Below, piece by piece: positions 1 through 12,138 of a DNA stretch of 64,000 nucleotides; positions within the stretch are counted from its first letter, which is position 1; each line of letters begins with the position of its first letter. The notes under the pieces were generated by a model. The model was given only the letters and a program-made list of their open reading frames with translations. It made no database searches and was not told where the DNA came from. Source of the DNA: Rhizophagus irregularis (Eukaryota); contig NC_089436.1 in the NCBI RefSeq assembly GCF_026210795.1, forward strand, positions 2,790,001 through 2,854,000, in the 5' to 3' direction. The position numbers were made by a program, and so were the translations under genes.

Positions 1-3000
1 TTAGCAGACTTCGGTTTATCAAAAAAAATTGTTGAAGCATCAAGTAATATATCAAAATTATTTGGCGTAATGCCCTACGTGGACCCAAAAAGTTTCGATG
101 ACAAAGAAAATTATAAATTAAATAAAAAATCTGATGTATATAGCATTGGAATTTTATTGTGGCAAATTTCAAGTGGATATAGACCTTTTAGTGAAGTTAA
201 TTATGGTCCAAGTTTAATGTTATCTATATTAAATGGTAAAAGAGAAAAAATCATTGATGGAACTCCCATTGAATATGGTGACTTATATACAGGTAAATAA
301 TTAAATAGTAAATATAATATTTCGATATAAATAACATGAATATTAATTTTATTTACTGATTGATTAGCATGTTGGAAATATGAACCAAATGAACGCCCAA
401 ATATACAAGAAGTTGTTTTAACACTTAAATCAATTATTTCTCCTGAAATTATTATTTACAAAGTCAATGACGACAAAAAGAGTTCTGTTTCATTGGGAAA
501 ATATAAACCAAATTCAGAATCAAGCAAGGTAACAATGGATATAAATCACGATTTAAGCCTCAATAATAGTTTAATATTAAATACTATGCTAAATCTAAAT
601 ACTACTATGTCAAATAACATTACATCTTTCAGCATTAATTTATATGAAAGTAGTAATGTATGTGAAAATAGCACAAGTTCACAAAATCGGTTAGATAGTC
701 CAATTAGTCCATCATCAATTGCATCAGCTGATCAAACATCGAGTAATCTACTTGGGTCGATATATGACGCAGTCGCTGATAAGTTAATTAATTATATAAT
801 TAAGAAACATGATGGAGGAATGACTTTTGATCAAGTTCAACAAAATTTTGATGATATAGTATTACAATTAGATCAAAATTTAAGTAACTTTATAGATTGG
901 TTATCACAGAATCAAGATAAACCACAATTTAATTGGTTTCTTGGATTATTTTATTATTATATTATTGTTACAGCAGAAGAAAATTGTAGCATTAAAGCAT
1001 TTGAATTATTTTCAAAAGCAGCAAATAATAATTGTTCAATCGCTCAAGTTTATCTTGCAAAATGTTATTATGATGGATATGGTATTAATTGTGATAAAAA
1101 GTTGGCATTTGATTGGTACAAAAAATCTGCAAATAATAAAAGTATTATCGGAAAATTTTATCTAGGATATTGTTATGAATTTGGTATTGGAACCATGAAT
1201 AATGAAAATGAATCAGCTTATTGGTATAATGAAGCAGCTAGAAGTGGAAATACAACTGCAAAACTTTATCTTGCTAATTATTATAAATTAGGAAAAGGAA
1301 TTGATAAAGATGAAATTAAGGCATTTAAATATTATAAAATATTAGCAAAACTGGAAATTTCTGATGCACAATTTGAGCTTGGTAATTGTTTTTATAATGG
1401 AATTGGAACAAAAGTTGATAAAATGCAAGCAAAATATTGGTATGAAAAAGCAGGAAAGAATGGAAATATTATAACAAAAAATATTTTTAGTGATAAAATT
1501 GGAACAAAAAATACTAATAGAGAAAAAATTTATAATATATTATTTTCAAAAAAGTTGAGTCGACTTGGATTATATTATGTAGGAAAAATATTATTTAAAA
1601 CAAATTATGAAAAATCATTTTATTATCTACAAAAAGCAGCAGGAAATGGATGTAAATTTGCACAATTTAATTTAGGTAAATGTTATCAAATAGGAACAGG
1701 TGTAAGAAAAGATACAAGAAAAGCCTTTGAATTATACAAAAAAGCGGCTAGAAAAGGATATATAAATGCACAATTTCAACTCGTTTATTGTTATGATTTT
1801 GGATATGGAACCGAAATAAACAAAGTAAAAGCATTTGAATTGGTTAAAACGCTAGCTAAAAAAGAAGATAATGATGCATTATATTTGTTAAGTATGCATT
1901 ATGCATTTGGAATAGGGGTTGATGCGGATAAGAAGAAAGCTTTTGAATTATTTAAAGAATTGGCAGAAAATGAAAATAAGATTAACAAATATTTATCTGG
2001 TGATAAAGGAATCTTAATAAATAAAGTACATGATTGGTACTCTCGAATATTAAATGAAGAAAAATACATGAATGCAAAAATTTTGCTTGGTATTTCTTAT
2101 AAATATGGATATGGAACTGAGTTAAATATTAAAAAAGCATTTGATATATTTAGAAAAGTGGGAAAAGATGGAAATGCCATTGCACAATTTTATTTGGGAA
2201 ATCTTTATATTGAGGATAATAATGAAGCAAAAGCTTTTGAATGTTATAAAAAATCAGCTGATAAAGGATTTATGGAATCTCAACTTCAAATTGGAAAATG
2301 TTATTCTAAAGGAATTGGAACAGAAACTGACAAAGTAAAGGCTATTGAATTAATTTTAGAATCAGCTAAAAAAGCAAAAAATGGTTGTGCACAAAATTAT
2401 TTAGGAGAATTATATGAATTAGGTAGGGATGTAAATAAGGATTTAAAACAAGCTGCTTACTGGTATTGCAAAGCGGCAGAAAATGGATGTATGATAGCAG
2501 ATTATAATTTGGGTAAATGTTATGAAAATGGAAATGGTGTAAAAAAAGATGAAATAAAAGCATTTGAATATTATAAGAAATCGGCAGATCAAGATTATTT
2601 GGTTGCACAATTCAAACTTGGAAATTGTTATCTTAATAAAATTGGAACAGAAGTTGATAAGACAAAGGCATTTGAGTCATATAAAAAAGCATCTGATCAA
2701 GGGTATTTATGTGCTCAATACAAACTTGGAAATTGTTATCTTAATGGAATTGGAACAGAAGTTGATAAAGCAAAGGCATTTGAGCTATATAAAAGAGCAA
2801 TTGATAAAGGGCATAAAGTTTCACAAGATAATTTAGAATTATTATATGAGAATAGTGAAGGTTCAGAAATAAATTCGGAAAAAGACGTCTACCAGCATAT
2901 CAAAGCAACAGAAAATAGAAATGAAATAGCACAAGATGATTTATGTGCATGTTACGAATCAGAAAATGGTGTAGATGAAATTGAAACACTTGAAGAAGCT

Positions 3001-3105
3001 AATTTTCAACTTGGATATTATCCCTATAAAAAAGGAATGTCCGGAAAATGTCTGCGAAAATGTCCAGAAAATGTCCATATATATTTGAGTATGTCCGGAA
3101 AATAA
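1..3105 (+). CDS. TKL-type protein kinase with C-terminal SEL1 repeats; 5' part outside the window, 3' end truncated by a transposon
   Basis: Exon <1-292 reads [28 protein letters not shown] intron 293-367. The exon from 368 reads (A)[10 protein letters not shown] in frame with ORF 493-3105, which carries many SEL1 repeats (AQFxLGxCYxxGxG..KAFExYKKAA). The last ~27 codons, from 3022, are transposon sequence. Confidence 0.9.
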
Positions 3106-3330
3106 CCAGATTTTGCCCTGAAAAATAATTGAGCACCTGCGCAAAATTTCATGTCCGTAATATGTCCAAAAAATTTTTATTAATTTTCATGTACAGAAAA
3201 TGTCTAGAAATTGTACAGAATTTTTTTCCTGAAAATTTTGATATGAAAAATGTCAAGAATATGTATAGGAATACAAACTCTAGACAAGTTCCGGACAAAT
3301 TCAGAAAATATCTTGTAAATAAATGAATTA
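3022..3330. mobile_element. Left end of a CCCTA (CACTA-like) DNA transposon; right end not found
   Basis: CCCTATAAAAAA at 3022 followed by TGTCCGGAAAA/TGTCCAGAAAA subterminal repeats. It is the same terminus as the TSD-bounded elements at 3485, 23103 and 44302. End coordinate is approximate. Confidence 0.7.
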
Positions 3331-3484
3331 TTAAACTTCTTTTAAATTAGCATTGTTCATTGCATCGGTGATAATTGCATAAACAACTACTGCAGTTTAT
3401 TAAAGTTGATCTTTCGAAACTTCATTTTTATTTTTTTTTTATAATGAAGTTTTGAAAATTTTAGTTTGAAACATTTTTATTCAG

Positions 3485-4917
3485 CCCTATAAAAAATTAT
3501 ATACGGAAATGAGACGTTTTGTATACATTTTATATATGATTTTAAAAATTCCGTATCACAATTCCGTATATTTCATAAGTAATTCATTTTTTGAAGATTT
3601 TTTAAAAAATTAATGTATACGGAATGAATATTGTGTATACGGAATTTATACTGAATTTTTAAACTTAATAATTTTATTATTCCGCATTTCCATTCCGTAT
3701 ACTTTCCGTATCATAAAATGTGACCACGTGATTGTTTATTGTTATGATCTGTGATACGTTTTTTATTTATTTAGATCACCGATCTTTTTTTTATTATCTG
3801 TTATTCCTGCTTTCCCCCTTTTCTTTTCCTCTTTTTCTTTTATATTTACCCACTTCTTTTTTTATCCCTTTTTATCTCACTCCTTTTTTTATTCCACTTC
3901 GTGCTTTTGTTTTAAAAAAAATATTTTTTTTTCTTATAGATTCCACCTCATTCCCTCTTTTTTAAAAAATTATTTTTTTTTATATCACTTCGTTCCCTTT
4001 GTTTTTTTTTAAAAAAAAAATTTTCTCATTTATTTCCACCTTATTGTTATTGTCTTCTTCCTTATTAGAAGTTTTTTAAAAAAATTTTTATAATTTTTTG
4101 GATTTTTTGGTTTCCCTCTTTTTTGTAGGCGGTCTGATTTCTTTTCTTGTAGGATGACGTGTAGGACGCTAGGACTTCTTCTTTTTTTATGACACTGAGC
4201 TTTTTTTTTTATAGGAATGTTGCCTCTTGGAGACTCAGACTTTCTGTATATATTAAATAGAGGGAAATGATATTAATTAGAAATGTAGTAACATTTCTTC
4301 TTTTTTTAGGTTGCTGGACTTTTGGAGACTTAGATGAGCCTGAGATACTGTAGGTACTATATAGGAAGGAGTTTGAGTAAAAGTAACGTTCTTTACATTT
4401 CTTTTTATTTTGTTTTTCAGGTCGTCAGACTCCTGAAAAGTCAAACCTGGACTTAGGTCTAATTCTATAAACTTTTAAATTGGGTTTTTATTTGCATAAA
4501 AGTAACATATTAACATTTCTTTTTTGTATATTTTATAAGAACAGGTTTTTCCTTAGGACTACTTCAAATATCTTATAGAAACGTTGGTATGCATTTCATT
4601 TTTATTTTAATAAAGATTTTTGGGAGGGAATGTTTCATATTTGTATTTTATTTATTTTTATTTTATTTAATAAAGTACTAGTAAATAATAGTAATTTAAG
4701 CAGTAAATTCAGTAACCAAATCATTATAAATTTTGTGACTAAACCATGTAAATTCAGTAACAAAATCAGTGTAAATTCCGTGATAAAATCGTGCAAATGA
4801 TACGTTTTTGTGATATGGAATTGTGCATTTTTCCGTATTCTCTCATGATATGTTATTTCTAAGGAAAAAAAATCTTATAAAAACTTTATAAAAAACGTAT
4901 CCAGTTTTTTTATAGGG
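3485..4917. mobile_element. Non-autonomous CCCTA (CACTA-like) element, 1433 bp
   Basis: Termini CCCTATAAAAAA...TTTTTTATAGGG, 3-bp TSD CAG (3482-3484 and 4918-4920), TTCCGTA/TACGGAA subterminal repeats, no transposase ORF. Confidence 0.9.
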
Positions 4918-5052
4918 CAGCAAGCAAGTTTGATCTTTATGATAAAAAAATTTAAGAAATTTATGTTTCAAAAGTTTTGATAAAAACTTTTTTATAAATT
5001 TTAGTTTTTTATAATATAAAGTTTTGGTCTTTTGAAACTCTTTTAAACATTC

Positions 5053-5461
5053 TTTTTATCGCAATTTTCGAATTACTGAGAACAGTTTAAAGAGGAAAAT
5101 AAAATAAAAAAAATGATTTTTTTCAAAAACCCACGAAAACAGTAAATTTTATTGCATTTTTAGATAGAGAAGGTGCGATTATAACCTGAAAATGTTAATT
5201 TTAGAGCAGAAAACTTAATTTTTCGGTAAGTTTGCATATAAGCGACTTTTGAGATTTTGTGTAACCTAAAAGTTCTCTATAAGTAAACTTACCAAGAGTT
5301 GGATTTTTCATCCTAAAATCAAGGTTTTCATGTTATAATTGCACCTCCTTCCAAAAATACAATAAAATTTACTGTTTTCGTGGGTTTTTGAAAAAAATCA
5401 TTTTTTTTATTTTATTTTCCTATTTAAACTGTTTTCAGTAATTCGAAAATTGCGATAAAAA
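5053..5461. repeat. ~410-bp imperfect palindrome (foldback)
   Basis: 5053-5155 is the reverse complement of ~5360-5461 with about 2 mismatches; looser pairing continues inward to a centre near 5255. Confidence 0.9.
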
Positions 5462-5704
5462 AAAATTTTTATCAAATTTTCTTGAAACATTTTTTTAAAA
5501 ATTTCTTTAATTTACAAAATAAAAAAATCCCACCTTTTCCTTCCAGTTTCTCAGCTTCTTTTAAAAAATTAAATGGATAGAAAATTCAATATTTATGATA
5601 TTATTACTCTTAGATTCATCTAAGCAAGATGAAGCCAATGAGATATAAATTATTAGTTTCTAATTATTAGATTATAGGATAACTCAAGTAATATTTTATA
5701 CTAC

Positions 5705-5950
5705 GTTTTCATCAATAATAATATAAAAAAAATGTTACGAAACGTTTTTTTATATTAAAACAAACGTTTTACAACGTTTTTTATTAATACTAATATAAAA
5801 AAATGTTACAAAACGTTTTTTTATATTAAAACACAGAAAAAAACGTTTTTATCAATACTAATATAAAAAAAGTTACAAAACGTAATTTTATATTAAAACA
5901 CTCAGAAAAAAAATGTTTCGCAACGTTTTTTATCAATAATAATATAACAG
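5705..5950. repeat. Tandem repeat of ~60-70-bp AT-rich units, about 3-4 copies
   Basis: Recurrent ATCAATA(A/C)TAATATAAAAAAATGTTACAAAACGTTTTTTTATATTAAAACA. Confidence 0.75.
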
Positions 5951-6289
5951 TCAGAGGAAATGTTTTTTTATACTATGTTTATTATAACAAAATTTTTGAT
6001 ATAATATTGACTTTCAGTTAAATATCAAGTACATGATTTAAAATTGGCTAAAAGTTTATTAAATTTCTTTAAATTGCCAATTATTAAATCGTAATTCTGG
6101 CCAAAAATTTCTTAATGCTGGCCAATTTTATAATGCCGGCCTAAATTTTGTTAATTTCAAAAATTTTAATCAAGAATAACATTATGTTTATATAATGTAA
6201 CATTTTTCTTGATATATGTTTTATTATTTATAGAGTTCTTAAAATATTTTTATAACTTTTAAATATTAAAAATTTTAGTCTATATACAT

Positions 6290-7240
6290 AACTGATAATA
6301 TTCTTTTTAGCGTTATTTTATCATTAGTATCAAAAGTCTTTAAAGCGAAAAAACCATCAATATTTTTTCATTTAGCACGAACGACACTCCCATATGAACC
6401 GCTTCCTAACGGTTCCAAATTTTTAAATTCTGAATAATTAGTAGTTGATGTGTTCATCAGCAATTGATTTTTCTAACCAATCAATATAAATATTATGATT
6501 CTTTAGGGTCATTTCTTTGACATTCTTGGCAATAGTTTTTATCAGAGTATTTTCTAAAGTGAAGCAAATAAAAATGCATGTGTAACTTGCACCACTATAA
6601 GAAATTCGTATTAAACTTAAGGAAATTAGTAAAATTTTATTAATGGCTTAGTAAGGTACATAAAATGTAAATGACTATCTAAATTAACGCCAATCCAATA
6701 TGACTATCCGCTAGACTGTGACTAAAATTAGTCTAGGAGTTAAAAGAAAAATATCTGAATTGCATTCAAACTATTATCTGATCCTATCATATGCTCTACT
6801 CGTCATGCCTTCAAACATTGATATAGCACCTCCTAAATCACCGGACTCTCTCAAAATAGAAAAATCACCAAGTCACCAAATGTTAATCAATTTTCCAACG
6901 CTCCCTACCCAAAGAAAGATTGAAAAAGAGAAAAGTCATAAGTAATAACCCAAGAAAATCCCAGTTAAAACTGCGAAGAGATGTCTGCTTGGTGTCTTTT
7001 CCCTACTCAAGCAAGAAAATGAAAAATTCACTAGTCCAAAACTAATGACAACTAGTCAATTTTTTTCAAAATTCAAAAACATATACTTTTATGTGTTTTA
7101 CATAAGCTTAAAAAATAAAAGGAAAGAAGCTACTTCAAATAAAGGAGAAAAAATGTATGTTTTATAAAGTTTATAAAGAGAGAATAGCTAAAGTCTTCTT
7201 GTAAAAAAAGCACTTTTGCGCAAAGCTTTAAAGTTAAATT
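6290..7240 (-). repeat. Inverted segmental duplication of ~23590-24610 (kinase upstream region plus exon 1)
   Basis: Long matching blocks in reverse complement, e.g. 6836 AATCACCGGACTCTCTCAAAATAGAAAAATCACCAAGTCACCAAATGTTAATCAATTTTCCAAC versus 23993-24058. Confidence 0.9.
6300..6523 (-). pseudogene. Kinase exon-1 pseudogene fragment inside an inverted duplication
   Basis: Minus strand from ATG 6523 reads, with frameshifts and a stop, ..[59 protein letters not shown]; homologous to exon 1 of the 12139 gene. Confidence 0.85.
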
Positions 7241-8081
7241 TTCTTCTCGAGATCTACTACTTTTATTTATTTGTCACGGCATTAAGAAAACTGATTTCAT
7301 CAAATCATAACCGAATTTGTAAATTTGTAATTTTATTTCGATTATCGCCGTTTTCAAATTTCAATTTGGCGGCTTGTCGATCAGTTATAATAAAAAGACC
7401 GAAAACTCGTAATTTTGTTGAAACTGTACAAAGCATCACGTTTCACATATGAACATATAAAATATTTTGATATTGAGGTGTTCTGTCATTATACTATATT
7501 AAGAGGACCCGAAAAATACATAAAAAGATCACATTTGGGTTTGCTTAAAATTTTCATGAAAAACTTGCCTTTTTTAGATAGTGCCGGCCTCAATTTTATT
7601 GTCTGTTTTGGATACTGGCCAGCATTATTATAATTCCGGCCCTGAAAAGTGGCTTATTTTAGGCCAAAATCTTGCCGATCATTTATGACCTCCTTATGTA
7701 TTTTTTGGGGTCCTATCATCAAGTCCTATAGTAAAATTTACTATGGAATTTTAATCAGTATTAAACTATGTAGTAATATAGTTTAAATCAGCTTATAAGA
7801 AATCTCTCACTAAATAGGTGCATTTTTTATATACCTAAATAAAATTGAAACTCTCTCTTATTCTCATTTCAAATTCATAAAGGTGTTCCAAATACTTATC
7901 TTTTTTATAAAATATCTTGCTTTTTTTAAAAAAAATAAAAAAGAATCCATTTTTATAATAAAAAAATTGGTACCTTTGAGCATAGTTTCATAGGAAAAAA
8001 ATTTTTCTACAAAAAAATGAGGTATTTCAAGTTTCTTAAAGTTATCATGTAGTTGGTTAAACTTTTAGTATTACATAAATG

Positions 8082-8261
8082 TTATCGCCGTTTTTAAAAT
8101 GGTGTACGCAGTTTATTTGTGACTGTATATTCGAATACCAATATTCGCCCGGTTTTCATCCGTTTTTTGTCCATATTTCGTCCGGTTTTCGTCGTTCGGT
8201 TTTCGGGTTTCTTTTTTTTATTCAAATTTAACTGCGTACATCATTTTGAAAACGGCGATAA
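8082..8261. mobile_element. MITE-like element with ~32-bp terminal inverted repeats
   Basis: TTATCGCCGTTTTTAAAATGGTGTACGCAGTT ... AACTGCGTACATCATTTTGAAAACGGCGATAA; internal CCGGTTTTC repeats; no clear TSD. Confidence 0.7.
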
Positions 8262-9309
8262 TTAGTTGATAATACACCCTAATAATTCATGTTAAAATAG
8301 CAATGTTCTCTTATACAAAAATGATCTTTACACATATGAAAATGCATTTTGGGCTGAACCTGTAGTCAGACTTGAAATGTTAATATTTGACTTAATCTGT
8401 ATACTGTAAATCTCCCCAAATACTTAACTCGGTAATAATCGTGTAAATTTATATATAATAATACGAATATAAATAATTTAATCATTGCTCTTAACGGCTT
8501 AAATAAAAACAAAAAAAAAATACTTATGGTACGAACCAATTTTCAAAATCAATCAAATAATCTGTACATTTAAAGGTAGTTTTATTATTTCAATTGATTA
8601 TTATTATAAACTTAATAGAAAAAAATGCTTTTAACATTTGTCTGCAAAACAAATTTCTCCTAAAAAGAACGATTTAATTAAATCTCTACATTTCAAAGTA
8701 AAATTCTTAATTTAACGATATAAAAAATTATTAAGATTATTGTAAGAAGCATAGTAATATATGAAATAAACTTTTATAATTTTACTTGATTTTTCAAAAT
8801 TTATGACCGAACTCTATCGAACTTACTACGTTAATCACATGATATTGTCAAAATTTTTTAAGCAGATCATTGTTTTTCTTCAAAGTTCTTAACAATTATT
8901 TTTGAAAGACTTTAATCGTATTGTTCCCTTATTATATAAGTATTGGTAAGTTATGTGATAACTAAAAAACACAACGATAATACAACAAGAGAAAAAAAAA
9001 TAAAGAAAATAAAGTTCTACTTAATTTAAAGTTTTTTTTTCAATATGCATTGTTTCTATATCCTTTCATTGATCACACCAAACTGAGAGAATCTATTCGA
9101 TATTTTGATGCCTACGAAGAGCATCAGGAATAGTAACCGGAGTCAGAAATCAAGTCATATCGCCCAATTGTAAATAAATTATAATCAAAAGAAAACAAAA
9201 AAAAGTGTTCAGTAAAGTTAAATATAACTATGATACATGTCTAAATTCTATTTTATATCTAATAAATATCCTCTTTTAAATTAAATAAATTATTATTAAT
9301 TATATTAAT

Positions 9310-10339
9310 TTATTTTGGATTTTGCTTCATTTCTTGTCTTACGATTTGAGTAATATAATTTTTTAAGCTAGCAGCATCATTATTTTCAGGAATTGAAATT
9401 GCTTCTTGTCCATGATTTGCTTCCTGTCCGTGATTAGCCTCTCGTCCACGATTAGCTTCTTGTCCATAATTTGCCTCTTGTTCATGATTAGCTTCCTGTT
9501 CATCATTGTAAACTTCTGTATTACTATCGCTATGAAACTTATTTTTATTTTCGTACATCTCATTGTTTCCTGGTATTAATATTATACCTTCATTATTCCT
9601 ATGGTCTCCTGGTATTAACATTATATCTTTATTGGTTTTATTTCTTTTAAACATTTTATATAAAAAGAAACTTCCTATTGTTAATAAGATACCACCAATC
9701 AGTGCGCCTATTATCGCGCCAACCAAAACTGGCGTATTATTGGTATTATTATCAGAAGAAGGAACAGCTTTACCAAGATTAGGAGGATTAGGGGTAACTT
9801 TAGGATTAGGAGCAACTTTACCAGGATTAGGAGCAACTTTACCGGGATTAGTAGTAGGAGCTTTAACAGAGGAATCGTCAATTATAATAGTACCATGCAT
9901 GTCATCAAGAGTACAATGACCGGGAACTCCACAGTAAAACCATGTTTTTCCAACAATATCATCTGATAAAGATAAAGTCCATGTCTTAGGTGCCATGAAT
10001 GCACCACCAGAAGTAAAAGCGTTAGGTTTTAATGATTTTATGCATGATTTTGCTGCATCGGATTCGATAACGCTATGTTTACCGGATATCCAAGTAAAGA
10101 CAATCTAATAATTTATTAAAGTTTATCTGAATAAATATAAATTATTTAAATTATTTTAAGATAAAGAAACAAAATAAAAAGATTGTTATACATACATTAT
10201 CACCAACGGAGGCAGATACGATTTTTGGGGAGAAAATATTTTCTCCATTTGGGCCACCAACATTAACATTGATGTCAATCGCATGAACGTATGTAATAAT
10301 TCCTAAAAGGAATAAGTATACAGTAAGAGTTTTATTCAT
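9310..10339 (-). CDS. Single-pass membrane protein with extracellular cupredoxin (blue-copper) domain, 312 aa
   Basis: Exons 10339-10196 and 10104-9310 join in frame over a GT-AG intron. Signal peptide, VNVGG..FSP..ASVGD.IVFTW..KHSV, then WFYCGVPGHCTLDDMHGTI (His..Cys-x4-His-x5-Met), Pro-rich stalk, TM helix VLVGAIIGALIGGILLTIGSFFLY, basic stop-transfer residues and a cytoplasmic tail. Confidence 0.88.
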
Positions 10340-12138
10340 TTTATTTTAATTTTTTTTTTTAAATTTTTTAGGTGCAAAGTGAAAGTAAATTTTTTTTTTA
10401 AAAAAAGTAAGGATCTCAAACGTGAGTTTTGCAATTTAACATGTAGATCCTTTTATTGGAAAGATTAGTAATAGTATGGTCAATCTCTTTGTTAGTTAAT
10501 TATATCTTATTCGATGAAACAAAATAAAAAATTAAAGTCGTGTAACACCCCTGCATCAAATAATATTTAGCGCGAAAATCGCGTGATTTACCGCAGTTGC
10601 AATATAAGTTAATTGACCAGTCAAAAAAAATTTTGAAGATTTTTTGTATATATATATATATTAATAACTTTTTTAATAAAATTTAATATTATGACCTGTA
10701 GAAACGAACTGTGGCAAAGGCTACGCTATTATATTTGATTATTTTAATAAAAAAAAAATTTTATGAAAACTTTTCTATCATTTTTTTTTAGAAAAAAATT
10801 ATTCAAAAAATTTTTTTTTTTTTTTAGGAAAGCGTGATACAAGATTGACGTCAATAGCAACTTTGAAACTTAAATAACTTAACTAAATAAATAGTCAATA
10901 GAAATTATGAAACAAAGATCATAATTACTATTGGCTAATTTATCATGTTTATTTATAGATTTTAGGAGTTTTAACCATGCTATAACATAATATCCTTCCT
11001 AATTAGATTTAACTAATATTTTAAAAATATATGTTCTTATTTTATTTTATAAATGCAGGGTTTGATTGGAAGATCATTTAGAAATTAATTGCTGCTGATC
11101 CGAATATGATCGATAGAAATTCTTTATTTCCTTTATAGATAAGTTCATCAATTTGTAACCAAATCGCATAATCCAAATATTTAAAATATTTTTTATAAAA
11201 AATTCAAAATCCTACAAATCCGCTAAAAAATCGTAAGACATATGAAATCTTTTTTTTTCCTCCAAACTATGTGATTAAATTTTTATTGCACCTATCTTAG
11301 CTAACTTACGTCATTAAATGACGTACGCTTTCTAAATTTTTTATGATGATAATTATTTGTTGATAGATATAATTTAAAAATTTATTTTTCTATTAAACTT
11401 GATAACCAATTTTCATTTTCTTTATGATTTAATTATTATTTCAGAAATTTTTTTCCGTTACTATCGGGGTAGAGGAGATTTACGTCATAATCTATCTAAT
11501 TAAAAAAATTGTCATATTTAGATTACCCATATAAATAATATGAATTGTGTAACATTCAAAAGTGTGATATTCTTAGATCGTCACGTGACCACAAAATCAA
11601 CGAAAAATTCAAACCGCCATATGAATTTTGTTATATACACACTTAAAAAGAAGATAAATATACACTCAATTTATGTATTAAAATATTTGATTCTGGAATG
11701 TACTGTGTATAATAAATAAATTAAATAGGGCCCCAGACTTTTTAACGGATATTTTTAAGTGAGTTTTGAAAAAATATTGAGCGAAGCAAAAAAAAAAAAT
11801 GATCATCTTTTTTTCCATATGCAGTATAACGTAATACACTCTACCCTAAATCAAATTTTGTCAATTTTAAAATGACATGCCTCTGTTAACTCCGAAAAAT
11901 AAAACATTTAGGGAAACGATATGATGTCATATATCATCAAAATTTTATTTGTTTTGCGGGTACAAAATTGTTTTACAAATATCCTTTATTAATTATCCAT
12001 TAATGTCAAGTCGTACTATGACAATGGAGTACGTAGCACTAAAAACGTAGCACCCGATATATTAAATGCAATTTCGCCGATCAATAACGGTGCACATTCT
12101 TCTAAATTCCGTTAAGTGAATATTAAACTATTGTCAAA

